The notes under the pieces are model-generated. The model made no database searches, was not told the DNA's origin, and saw only the letters and a program-made list of their open reading frames with translations. Made by a program: the position numbers and the translations under genes. A DNA stretch of 42,253 nt, taken from the NCBI GenBank assembly GCA_048939245.1, contig JBHLPR010000016.1, positions 1 to 42,253 of the forward strand, given 5' to 3'. The first letter of the stretch is position 1. Each line of letters starts with the position of its first letter. Of this stretch, positions 1-9,575 are shown piece after piece. The stretch comes from Promethearchaeota archaeon (lineage in GTDB: Archaea; Asgardarchaeota; Hermodarchaeia; Hermodarchaeales; Hermodarchaeaceae).

Positions 1-104
1 CTGAAGTTTTTATAACCAAATCTCCCACTTGCAATGTTTGTAATTATAATAAACCAAAAGAGAAAACCCGATAAGAACATTGGAATAATCATGAATAATC
101 CCAT
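1..104 (-). CDS. possible 5' part of a membrane protein running off the window edge
   Basis: Manual translation from ATG at 104 gives MGLFMIIPMFLSGFLFWFIIITNIASGRFGYKNF, open to the edge and hydrophobic; no family motif. Confidence 0.25.
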   Translation of the reverse strand, partial: MGLFMIIPMFLSGFLFWFIIITNIASGRFGYKNF

Positions 105-369
105 TTTTAGAAATAAACTGAATACTAACACATTGTATTTTATACGAAATATAAGATTTAGCTTCTTGAAGAGGGCATTAACAGAGATTATTTGGTCATA
201 GCCCAATGCTTTTACTCACAGAATCCGACAACGCTCACATTCTGTGGCTTGAGGGTATATCCTCTTCTTTTTATAACTGAAAGGGCTTGGGCTATTACTT
301 TTTATAACTGAAGGAATCGTAGCATAATTGTTCACTATTCAAAATCGAAGGATTTTGAGGGAACTGTAA

Positions 370-774
370 ATGAAGAAAGTATTTGCATATGTATGTCTCC
401 TTAATGGGTTATACGACATTATTCTCGGCTTTACCATGTTTGCAGCACCAGCCTTTATGGGAGTTTTAATCAGCGCAACAATTGACATCTATTTTATTGC
501 GAATATACAAGTGGTTGGGGCTCTCCTAATTAGTTTAGGAATAGCTCTTATCGCGGCATTTCGAAATCTTGATCAGTTACTCATTGTGCCATTCATCAAA
601 ATCATTGCCCACTTCCTAGCAGCTGGTAGCATGATTTACCATACCGTTGTTTCAGCATTATCACTCAATATCATTATCCTTGCAGGTGTCGATTTGATCT
701 TCGGAATTCTCTATATCCTTTTCTTTCTCCTCATTAAGGACTACACCTTAACAAGTGCATTCAAGGCTGGTTAA
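370..774 (+). CDS. 4-TM hypothetical membrane protein
   Basis: 134-aa ORF with four hydrophobic segments; GAGG SD upstream. Confidence 0.75.
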   Translation: MKKVFAYVCLLNGLYDIILGFTMFAAPAFMGVLISATIDIYFIANIQVVGALLISLGIALIAAFRNLDQLLIVPFIKIIAHFLAAGSMIYHTVVSALSLNIIILAGVDLIFGILYILFFLLIKDYTLTSAFKAG

Positions 775-1129
775 TCAATTCAACTACACTCAACGAATAC
801 ATAATTGAGTAACAAGTCTGCTCGCCAGCCTTTCCTTTTTCTTCAAGGATTTCCCTTCAGAACAATGGTTTTACCCACAAAGACAAGCCTTAACCAATTT
901 TTCCAAAATTAAGAGAAACTTGAAAAATCGTTGCGCGGATGGATTTCTCAAAAATTTATGGCTTGGATAGTTTCACTACAATTATTTTCTTTAATTTGTA
1001 GGTGTCATTCTTTTTGGAAATGTTAGACATGGAATGATTGCCTCATTCAAAAATAATTAAACAAATTTTAGATAAAATCACTGCATCGTATGCGATCTTC
1101 AGAGTATACGCCATTGGAGGTTTTACTTA

Positions 1130-2083
1130 GTGAAGCACTTGTTTCATTATTGGCGGCATCTACGGACAGTTGCTGCTTTATACGAGGAGGGGAAGTATCA
1201 AGAAACTATAGACTTCTTAAGAGAAGTAGCCACTGACTTTCCCGACTTCAAACCTGAAATCTATTACACCCAGATGGCGGCAGCAATAAAACTCGATAAG
1301 TACGACCTGTTCTTCGAGTTATTCAACGAGATTCTAGATGATGATGGATGGTATAATGAGACCATTTTGCGTGAATCCCCTTCCTTCAAACCCCTACAGG
1401 GTATGCCTGAATTCGAAAAACTGGTCTCCATCAGCGTAGAACGTGCCAAACAAGCATCTAGGAACCATACAAACTTTACCATGTTCCCAGAAACCACCAG
1501 CCCTTCCACACCCCTGATGTTAGCCCTCCACGCTCAAGCTAGCATCATTAGCAAAGAATACCATGCATGGAAAACAGTCGTTAACCACGGCTACATACTT
1601 GGAATGCCACAAACCACTAACAGGTACTGGTCAGGAATCGCTACCGGGTACTGGCCAAACTACGAAACATCAATTCATCAAATCAAAGCCTATGTCGACA
1701 CAATCAACTTAAACAAAACACTTGATCTAAAACACTCCATTGCTGGGGGGCTTTCAATGGGAGGTGACCTCGCCATCAGGCTTGCACTCACAGGAACAAT
1801 ACCTGTATGTGGCTTCATCGCTGTTTCCCCTGGGGGCCCCTGGATGAACGAACCCAAAAAATGGAAAACCCTAATCGACGACACCAGATGTCACGACATC
1901 AAAGGCATCATCATCCGCGGCAAAGAAGACCAAGCGATCCCCCGTAAATACACCCAAACACTCACGAACATGTTCAACAATAGCGGTATACCTTGCCAAT
2001 TCCTCGAATACCCAAAACTCGGTCACTGGTACCCCAACAATTTCGCCGACACTATAATGGATTTCATAAACAATATCGAATAA
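1130..2083 (+). CDS. alpha/beta hydrolase (esterase-like) with helical TPR-like N-terminus
   Basis: G-L-S-M-G nucleophile elbow, Asp in GKEDQAIP, His in LGHWYP; GGAGG SD before GTG. Confidence 0.75.
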   Translation: MKHLFHYWRHLRTVAALYEEGKYQETIDFLREVATDFPDFKPEIYYTQMAAAIKLDKYDLFFELFNEILDDDGWYNETILRESPSFKPLQGMPEFEKLVSISVERAKQASRNHTNFTMFPETTSPSTPLMLALHAQASIISKEYHAWKTVVNHGYILGMPQTTNRYWSGIATGYWPNYETSIHQIKAYVDTINLNKTLDLKHSIAGGLSMGGDLAIRLALTGTIPVCGFIAVSPGGPWMNEPKKWKTLIDDTRCHDIKGIIIRGKEDQAIPRKYTQTLTNMFNNSGIPCQFLEYPKLGHWYPNNFADTIMDFINNIE

Positions 2084-2251
2084 CCACTTTCTCAAGCAAA
2101 TACCATAAAGGGTCATTTTTTTCTTATACGCACAATACCCGCGTGGTCAGCAACGCCTTTGCCCCTATTTACCTCTGTTAGTAAAAGACTATATTTAGCG
2201 TGTCTACAAGTGCTGGATATCCGATCAATCGTCAAGCGACCGACGCCTTTC

Positions 2252-2275
2252 TACTCACAAACCCAAGCCTTACTG
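2252..2275 (+). repeat. 24-bp direct repeat, copy 1 (TACTCACAAACCCAAGCCTTACTG)
   Basis: Identical to 4037-4060. Confidence 0.9.
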
Positions 2276-2409
2276 GAATTTTTTATTCCCCCTTTGCTGA
2301 GTTTTAATGTGTGCTAAAGATTGGCTAAAAACTGATTCACCCAATCAATTTATTTATATACTTAAATATTTGAATGAGTTAATACGTTAAACAGTTCGAG
2401 GCTAAGAAA

Positions 2410-3501
2410 GTGACTAGGGAACACAAATCCCGACCGACTAAATCAGAAGATGAGGAATCTGTCCAGATGGGGCTTTTCGAAAAGTATCTAACCCTTTGGA
2501 TTCTATCGTTCATGGCAATTGGACTACTCCTAGGATGGCTTTTCCCCGCCTTCGCTCTAACACTTGCAGGACTCCAATTTGCCGGGTTTTCAATTCCTAT
2601 TGCCATTTGCCTCTTCTTTATGATGTTCCCGACGCTCATCAACATTGAATACGGAGAAATTAAGAATGCCGTTAAATTCCCTAAACCGCTTGTGATCACT
2701 CTCATTGCGAATTGGATTATTAATCCACTTCTCGGTTTTTTCTTAGCAAGCACCATTCTCGGGGCGAACCCCGAGTATGCAATAGGTGTTATCCTTCTTG
2801 CCGTATCACCCTGTACAGCAATGGTCCTGTTTTGGAATAAATTTGCGAAAGGCAACATTAACCTAGGCTTAGTTATAACTTCAATCAACTCAATCTTGAT
2901 TCTTCTTCTCTATGCGCCACTCGCTTCCTTTTTCATAGGATTCTACGTCACAGTACCCTTCATTACTCTCCTATTCGGGACTATGTTTTTTCTTGTTCTT
3001 CCCCTCGTCACCGGCGTCATAGTTAAACGCCATGTCTACAACACCAGAGGTCACGATTGGTATGTCAGTAACTTTAAACCCGTTTTAGATAAAATCGCCA
3101 TCGTCGCGCTCCTCATCACTCTTATCGTCCTCTTCTCCTTTCAGGGCCAAGTCATTCTAACCCAACCTCTCGATGTTCTCTGGATTAGCAGTGTTCTTCT
3201 CCTCAACTATGCCATCATGTTTATCTCAATATTCTTCGTTTGCTATAAACTCAAATTCACCTACAAACAGACAGTTACAACCACCATCATCGCTAGTAGC
3301 TCTCATTTTGAAATCGCCATCGCCACCTCCATTCTCCTTTTCGGACCTGGATCCGGGGCTGCGTTCGCCACCGTAGTTGGTGTTCTCTGGGAAGTCCCTC
3401 TAATGGTTGCCTTCATCAAACTTGCCCTGCAACTCAAACCGAAACTCTGGCATGAACCCACAGATGCAATTGACATATCAAATGAAGTGGGATTAGAATA
3501 A
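2410..3501 (+). CDS. acr3: ACR3-family arsenite efflux transporter (start may be the ATG of MGLFEKYL)
   Basis: FEKYLTLW N-terminus, MMFP, NWIINP, SPCTAMV and SSHFEIAIA motifs; about 10 TM segments. Confidence 0.92.
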   Translation: MTREHKSRPTKSEDEESVQMGLFEKYLTLWILSFMAIGLLLGWLFPAFALTLAGLQFAGFSIPIAICLFFMMFPTLINIEYGEIKNAVKFPKPLVITLIANWIINPLLGFFLASTILGANPEYAIGVILLAVSPCTAMVLFWNKFAKGNINLGLVITSINSILILLLYAPLASFFIGFYVTVPFITLLFGTMFFLVLPLVTGVIVKRHVYNTRGHDWYVSNFKPVLDKIAIVALLITLIVLFSFQGQVILTQPLDVLWISSVLLLNYAIMFISIFFVCYKLKFTYKQTVTTTIIASSSHFEIAIATSILLFGPGSGAAFATVVGVLWEVPLMVAFIKLALQLKPKLWHEPTDAIDISNEVGLE

Positions 3502-3547
3502 GCTGAGGTGTTCCAAAATCCAGTTCCTGTCAAAGGAACACTATTTA

Positions 3548-3913
3548 CTAATTCAAGAGTTCTTGCACTTGTGCCACTAGTTGTTGAACGAGCTCAGGGT
3601 TTGCTTTATAATGATTAAACCGCCCTTTTCTCCGTCGCTGTAATAGCCCTACCCGAGCTAGAATATTCAAATGATGTGAAATGGCAGGTTGACTCAATTC
3701 ACTCACACCTACGAGGTTGCAAACACAGATCTCTTCTGTTCCAATCGCTGCTAGTAACTTCAATCGTTGAGGATGTGCCAATGCTTTCGCTACAGCTACT
3801 ACCTCACTCACTTGCTTTTCACCAAGCTCAGACTCCAAATCAGTCAACCGCTGAAGGAGTCGATCCCTATCCTCGCCCGATTCTTCATCACAATGTTCTG
3901 ACATACTCATCAC
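3548..3913 (-). CDS. arsR: ArsR/SmtB metalloregulator
   Basis: KALAHPQRLKLL, EICVCNL (alpha3 As(III)-type site), SQPAISHHLNIL HTH; adjacent to acr3. Confidence 0.88.
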   Translation of the reverse strand: MMSMSEHCDEESGEDRDRLLQRLTDLESELGEKQVSEVVAVAKALAHPQRLKLLAAIGTEEICVCNLVGVSELSQPAISHHLNILARVGLLQRRRKGRFNHYKANPELVQQLVAQVQELLN

Positions 3914-4036
3914 GTTTTCTTTTTACAAATTATTTTTGCAACCCATCCACATATTTAAATGCGTCTATTTTAATCTAAAAAAATCACTCGCATGATTAGA
4001 AAATAACCAATTGCTATTGTATAAGCATCGCACTTA

Positions 4037-4060
4037 TACTCACAAACCCAAGCCTTACTG
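4037..4060 (+). repeat. 24-bp direct repeat, copy 2
   Basis: Identical to 2252-2275. Confidence 0.9.
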
Positions 4061-4125
4061 AACTTTATTCTTCGATTCTCAATTACATCTGTCAATTGTA
4101 AGTAAATATTCGAAAAGTTGCCTGT

Positions 4126-4566
4126 TTAAAGCAATGACTTGGTTTCGTCAGGAAATCCTTTGTATTCAATAACGCCGAGTTGTTGATAGAAATCCATCAA
4201 ATCAAAAACCTGCGTTACCTTTTCGATGACTTTCCCATTAGCAATCCGATAAACGACGATACCTGTCAAGGTGAATTTCTTGCCGGTGGGAGCTAGTCCG
4301 TGATATTCTCCAGTATGGGTTCCCGTACTTTTAATCTGAAACCATACAGTATCCCCATCCGCGGCGATGTGGGTTATTGTCCGTTGAACATCAGGAAACC
4401 CCTTGTATATCGTTTTTTCCATTTTTATGTAAGCGTCTCTTCCCCGCAATTTCATTGGATAATCTACAAAATCAGGGGCGATAATTTCATCGATTAGAGT
4501 TTCATCCTTGGTATTGAAGGCTTTGGCTAATTTCTGAACGAGCGCTTTATTCTCCTCTATAGACAT
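4126..4566 (-). CDS. SnoaL-like ester cyclase family protein
   Basis: MSIEENKALV start, GFPD and GTHTGEYHGLAPTGK motifs. Confidence 0.88.
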   Translation of the reverse strand: MSIEENKALVQKLAKAFNTKDETLIDEIIAPDFVDYPMKLRGRDAYIKMEKTIYKGFPDVQRTITHIAADGDTVWFQIKSTGTHTGEYHGLAPTGKKFTLTGIVVYRIANGKVIEKVTQVFDLMDFYQQLGVIEYKGFPDETKSLL

Positions 4567-4675
4567 TGGACATCATACTCCGAGTGTAAACCTGTTCAAC
4601 ACGTGAAATGAACCCATTGGATTTTAAGGATATCAATTTACTAGCGTTTATTCTAGTTTAGATGGAGTTGATGTA

Positions 4676-5095
4676 TTGCTAAATGAAACGAGCCCCGAAA
4701 GGAACGCGTTGTTGAAAACAATTGCAGATCTTGATCGAGCCTTTTCCGAAGATCGCGCTGAGGACATGGGTAAGTTCTTTGCCCCGAATGCACGGCTCAT
4801 GTTCCCCAATATGGAAGACATCTTGGGTCGAGAATCAATTCAACAAACGTTTGTTAGCTTAATGGCAGAATATTCAACAGATTCATTTCACCCAAACCGG
4901 GAATTGATCGACATCTATGGGCACAGGGCATACACTTTGGGAAGTTTCATAGAAATACGCACACCCCTCAAAGGGGGGCCGAAAGAGAAGATATACGGAC
5001 GTCTTCTGGAAATCTGGCAACGCTCCTCTAAGGGCAACTGGGAGATAATCCGTTTCATGACTGGAAGGTATTCTGATTTGGAGCTTATCGAATAA
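4676..5095 (+). CDS. NTF2-like / DUF4440-type protein
   Basis: Pattern F-APNA-LM-P...GRESI...GRLLEIWQR...W-II typical of the NTF2 fold. Confidence 0.75.
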   Translation: MLNETSPERNALLKTIADLDRAFSEDRAEDMGKFFAPNARLMFPNMEDILGRESIQQTFVSLMAEYSTDSFHPNRELIDIYGHRAYTLGSFIEIRTPLKGGPKEKIYGRLLEIWQRSSKGNWEIIRFMTGRYSDLELIE

Positions 5096-5200
5096 CTGGC
5101 TGTACGACCGACGTTTTTTAATCAAAGGTAGTATACCCTAAGAGTTCGTTTATTTTATTCGTTTTTTTATTATGTTAAGTTGTGAGTGTAAAAGATTTAA

Positions 5201-5219
5201 TACTCACAAAATGTGAGTA
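5201..5219. promoter_or_regulatory. palindromic operator-like site TACTCACA-AAA-TGTGAGTA overlapping the htrA promoter
   Basis: Perfect 8-3-8 inverted repeat between TATA-like TTTAATA (5196-5202) and ATG 5227. Confidence 0.55.
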
Positions 5220-5226
5220 AATTATT

Positions 5227-6174
5227 ATGCCAATTCCTCCACACCCATTCCAAGAAGAGCTGATTCAAGCAGTAAAACGTGTTACCCCCAGCGTTGTGAG
5301 CGTCAGCACAATGGCGTTAATGCGTAACTATTATCGGATCCATCCTATCGGTGGTATGGGTTCTGGAATCGTTTTAGATGATCATGGTCACATTATTACG
5401 AACCGACATGTCATCGACCGTGCGCAACGGATTTCGGTAGCTGATACAGAGGGGGGGCGTCATGATGCATCCTTGCTTGGTGGTGACCAGCTTATCGATA
5501 TTGCTGTGTTGAAAGCAGAAGATGGAGTTCTACAACCAGCGACTTTGGGGGATTCCGACCAACTACAGGTGGGGCAACTTGCCATTGCGGTGGGCAATCC
5601 CTATGGATTTATTCTTGGTGGCCCTACGGTGACAACTGGTGTGATTAGTGCTATTAAGCGGCAAATTCAAGCGAAGAATATTGTGTTGGAAAAACTCATT
5701 CAAACTGATGCCGCCATCAATCCCGGAAACAGCGGTGGCCCATTGTGTGACATTAGTGGCAACGTAGTTGGTGTAAATACAGCAATGCTACCCTATGCTC
5801 AGGGTATTGGATTTGCCATACCCATTAACACGGTTAAAGAAATTTCAGAAGAGATCATCGAATTTGGTCACGTAAGGCGATCGTATATGGGCTTTTTCGG
5901 GGTTGGAATTAATCCAGCCATCGCGCGTACCTATAAATTATCCGTGACTGAAGGAGTACTTATTGCTCAAGTCGTGAATTCGAGCCCTGCAGCCAGTGCG
6001 GGATTAAGAGAAGGTGATATCATTGTCGCTTTTGATAGTGAGAAAATCGTTTCAATGGGTGAAATCCAAGAACGGTTACGGAAACGTGCGGTTGGTACTC
6101 GGTTGGATGTGACAGTGGTGCGTGGTCAGAGGCAACGAGTATTCCCACTTGTTCTGGGTGAGGTCCCTGGTTAA
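5227..6174 (+). CDS. htrA: HtrA/DegP-family trypsin-like serine protease with one PDZ domain
   Basis: Triad motifs ITNRHV, DIAVLK, AINPGNSGGPL; C-terminal SPAASAGLREGDII PDZ; no obvious signal peptide. Confidence 0.92.
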   Translation: MPIPPHPFQEELIQAVKRVTPSVVSVSTMALMRNYYRIHPIGGMGSGIVLDDHGHIITNRHVIDRAQRISVADTEGGRHDASLLGGDQLIDIAVLKAEDGVLQPATLGDSDQLQVGQLAIAVGNPYGFILGGPTVTTGVISAIKRQIQAKNIVLEKLIQTDAAINPGNSGGPLCDISGNVVGVNTAMLPYAQGIGFAIPINTVKEISEEIIEFGHVRRSYMGFFGVGINPAIARTYKLSVTEGVLIAQVVNSSPAASAGLREGDIIVAFDSEKIVSMGEIQERLRKRAVGTRLDVTVVRGQRQRVFPLVLGEVPG

Positions 6175-6175
6175 C

Positions 6176-7318
6176 CTAAGCTCCTGTATCAGTAAGGTTA
6201 GCTGTCTCGGGTTTTACATCAATCGGTGGTTCATAGCGAGTAATTGATACTAGGTAGAGAAGGAGTAAGAAATAGGCGAAATAGAAACCCACTAAACTCA
6301 TGATGATTAAGAGAGAATTGGGAAAGAGAATCAACGCTAACCCCAGTTCGGTGACGAGTTGGAGCGTAATGAGGACAAAGGCAATGATTAGATAACCAGT
6401 CAGTCCCGGCAGGATTTTATTTCGTGATTTGATTCGGAGCGTTTGCACCCAATTGGGAGTTGGATCCCGGAAATACCAGATGAGGGCAAGGATACCGACA
6501 ATGATGCCAATAGTTAATAGAACGAGGAGAAGTCCGGCATAGATGAGAAGGAGATTGATGTCATCTATGCTGATGAGGATCAGTTCTGAGAAAGCGACTG
6601 CATTGATAAAGCCATGGATAATCATGGGATAGATGACATGTCGAGTAAACACATAGACAAACCCAAGCATAAGACCAATAGTAAATGTTGTAACGAAATG
6701 AGTGACCACATAGCCTAAGCTTCCATTAACGAGGTCGTTGGGAACATGGATGAGCGCAAAGCCCAGACTTGAGGCGATAACAGCTGCAGTGGGAGCCATT
6801 CCGCGAAACTCGAGGGCAGGAATCAGCATCCGCCGAAAGATGAGTTCTTCGAAAATTGCTGCGCCAACTGTAGCAGTCGCAAAGAGGAGGACAATATTCC
6901 ATGGATTTGCCAGCTGTGTTGGTCCCAAAATGAAATCACCGTAGGAATGCTCAATGGGGATGCCAGCAGCAGTAAATGCAAATAATAATACTAGCCCAAG
7001 CCCCATCGAAAGTGTCAAGGCAAAGCATGCTGCGCCTAAGACTTTGAGAGTCCTGTAAAGCGTGGGAGTCCGGGTTTCGACATTTTTCAATTGGAAGAGG
7101 GGGATTAACACAAGAAACGTGACGACGATTCCGATTATCTGGCCTACCAGATTAATTTGAATAGAAGACATGATTGGATCAGGAATGATTACTGGTACAA
7201 AATAACCGAGAAGCACCAAGGAAAGGGCTCCTAATGAAAGAAGAAGTAATCCAACTACTATGATTACAGCGGGAGTAAGGAAGTTGAGAAAGCCTTCATC
7301 ACGTTCCTGAATTTCCAT
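6176..7318 (-). CDS. CPBP (type II CAAX protease/Abi) intramembrane metalloprotease
   Basis: EELIFRR, FALIH and HGFIN motifs in a multi-TM protein. Confidence 0.88.
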   Translation of the reverse strand: MEIQERDEGFLNFLTPAVIIVVGLLLLSLGALSLVLLGYFVPVIIPDPIMSSIQINLVGQIIGIVVTFLVLIPLFQLKNVETRTPTLYRTLKVLGAACFALTLSMGLGLVLLFAFTAAGIPIEHSYGDFILGPTQLANPWNIVLLFATATVGAAIFEELIFRRMLIPALEFRGMAPTAAVIASSLGFALIHVPNDLVNGSLGYVVTHFVTTFTIGLMLGFVYVFTRHVIYPMIIHGFINAVAFSELILISIDDINLLLIYAGLLLVLLTIGIIVGILALIWYFRDPTPNWVQTLRIKSRNKILPGLTGYLIIAFVLITLQLVTELGLALILFPNSLLIIMSLVGFYFAYFLLLLYLVSITRYEPPIDVKPETANLTDTGA

Positions 7319-7428
7319 ATTAAGTCACCTATCCGAATCATTGGGAAGTTTCAACATAAAAAAAGAGAGGATTCACCTAATTCAACGTCTAAGGCCGCAA
7401 TTCAGATAGTAAACCTTGTTCCAATTGA

Positions 7429-9003
7429 TTACTTGATTTTCAGCCAAAACTGGGTCAAATCATCTGCCAGGTGAGTTGACATGAAACCGTGAACTGAGAG
7501 TTCCTGAATCCCTTGAAGAAAATAGTCTATACGTTTCTTATGTTGGAGCTTGTTATTTCTAAGAGCTTGCTTTTCAAGACTTTCACGAAACTTGGGCTTG
7601 GTAATCATCTCAGAACGTATAAGATTCTGCAGTGAGATGCAAAATTCATCATCAAAAAGCTGAACATTGAAAGCTTTCACAGGTGGAACAGATCTGGTAC
7701 CTTTCCAATGAATAGGATCTGTTGGACGAAGTAACTTCAAGGGTGGAATAATCGCATAATGAGTTGGATTGAGTGTTTTGATAACAAAAATCGGAACTAA
7801 GAGCTCTATTACAGGATCTTCACAGAACATGTTATCCGTTTTAGCCGAAATATCGATGAGCCGTTTGTATTGTTGGTCTAATTTGGAACTAATGTCATGA
7901 AGAGTTTGTATGAGTGCGGGATAGCTCCCGAGGATTCTTTCTCTTAAACTTACTAATATACTCAGTTGTGATTCAGCCTCTACTGGAGCATTTTTTCTTG
8001 GTGAATGTGGTAAGGAGTATTCGGGTGAAGGATTCGTAAGTGCGTTCTGTTGAAGTCCCATTTTTTCTTGTTCATAAATCGATAACCATCGACGTTCGGC
8101 TTCTTCTAGTTGTGAAAAAGCCACATCAAGTTCGATTGACGTTTGCTGAAGTGATTGACGGAAATCGTGGGCAAGTATCTTTGGTTGAATTAGATCCTCA
8201 GGGTTCTCTTGGAAAATTAAGTCAGTTTTTGTAGGGGTTGCATCCATTTGAAGGATAAATTGACGGCATTGTTTTGTAGCAAACTTTAAGATACCTTCTA
8301 AATGGCTAAGAAGCTGAGCCATTCCTAACTCAGCAGCCGTGTTCTGATGAATTTTCAACCGTTCTTCGTTAATGTACTTTAATTGACGTTCGATGTACTG
8401 ATTGATAGCATCCATCATATGCATTAAGTGTTCATGGCAGAGATCTAGTCGAGATATTTCACCTCGTACTAACGCTTCAAGGTCCAGTGCAGCTTTTTCA
8501 TCAAATGCTGTTTGGATACATCGTTTTTTAGAGGGCTTAGGCAATGATGGTTCGATGAGTCGAGTTATTGCTTCAAGCGTCGTCGGCTTGAGTACATTCG
8601 GGAGCGTTATGCTCGTCGGATCCAGATTCTTCACTAACTTCTCTAGGTTAACAATTAGGCTTGGTACCTGTTGAGATTCTTCAACATGGGTCAGAAGGTT
8701 TTCAAAGGCTTCGGGGGGTAAGACTGTGATGTTTTTTAGTGTGACAGATGAATTTCCCACACCACAGATAATCAGCTTATGTTCAGGATTTACCTGAATT
8801 AAGTAGATTGGCAAATAGAGTTGTGAAATAAAAGAAAGACGTAGTGGTGACCGGGCTTGCTTGCGCAAATATGTAACGGCGGTTACTAGGTCGGACTCGT
8901 ATGTGAAACTGGACTTACCCTTTTTACTTTCCCATACCCACTGCGATTTAGGTTGGGTTTTCATTGATGAACGAAAAAATGCAGCAACCTTTGTGTCGGT
9001 CAC
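7429..9003 (-). CDS. hypothetical protein with central helical/coiled-coil region
   Basis: 524-aa ORF overlapping the upstream gene by GTGA; no recognisable catalytic motif. Confidence 0.7.
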   Translation of the reverse strand: MTDTKVAAFFRSSMKTQPKSQWVWESKKGKSSFTYESDLVTAVTYLRKQARSPLRLSFISQLYLPIYLIQVNPEHKLIICGVGNSSVTLKNITVLPPEAFENLLTHVEESQQVPSLIVNLEKLVKNLDPTSITLPNVLKPTTLEAITRLIEPSLPKPSKKRCIQTAFDEKAALDLEALVRGEISRLDLCHEHLMHMMDAINQYIERQLKYINEERLKIHQNTAAELGMAQLLSHLEGILKFATKQCRQFILQMDATPTKTDLIFQENPEDLIQPKILAHDFRQSLQQTSIELDVAFSQLEEAERRWLSIYEQEKMGLQQNALTNPSPEYSLPHSPRKNAPVEAESQLSILVSLRERILGSYPALIQTLHDISSKLDQQYKRLIDISAKTDNMFCEDPVIELLVPIFVIKTLNPTHYAIIPPLKLLRPTDPIHWKGTRSVPPVKAFNVQLFDDEFCISLQNLIRSEMITKPKFRESLEKQALRNNKLQHKKRIDYFLQGIQELSVHGFMSTHLADDLTQFWLKIK

Positions 9004-9575
9004 TGAATTACCGCTCCGTAAACTAATTGATTATAAATTGAAGAATCGATTCGGAGATTAAAAAAAAGAAAAGCCTTGTCTCCACCTTTCACCTTATTGA
9101 CGAAGTTGTCTGGAAGTTCACCACCATAGGGAGCTAAGCAGCAAGTAATCGTGTGTTCCCAATCCATATGACAACACGGACATGAGGGATCTCCAACCCA
9201 TGAGAACTTGTATTTGCCGGGTATCAAATCCATAGTTATTCCGCCGTTTTTATCGGTAAGCAATTCATAGATCGGTACCCAGCTTCCTTCAGCTTCTGTG
9301 CAGTTCCAGTAATACACAGTGATCCATTCTTCGCATAATGGATAAACGCCAGCGGGCCAGTCAGCGGGAACTGTCCAGAAGAAGTGCTTCGTCACGTCTG
9401 ATTTGGTGGGTGGAGACCAGCATTTGGAGATTGGATTGGTCGGATTTTCGGAATCCGAATATGGGGATTTAAGCGTACTTGTGGAGAATATGGTGTCTGA
9501 TGAGAGGTATAGCGCTATTATGATGAGCGCGTAGGTTGAGACAAGGATAGCAATGGTTAACTTGTTTCTCTCCAT
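9000..9575 (-). CDS. hypothetical secreted or membrane-anchored Cys/Trp-rich protein
   Basis: N-terminal hydrophobic segment; CPCCH and TCCL clusters. Confidence 0.6.
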   Translation of the reverse strand: MERNKLTIAILVSTYALIIIALYLSSDTIFSTSTLKSPYSDSENPTNPISKCWSPPTKSDVTKHFFWTVPADWPAGVYPLCEEWITVYYWNCTEAEGSWVPIYELLTDKNGGITMDLIPGKYKFSWVGDPSCPCCHMDWEHTITCCLAPYGGELPDNFVNKVKGGDKAFLFFNLRIDSSIYNQLVYGAVIQ

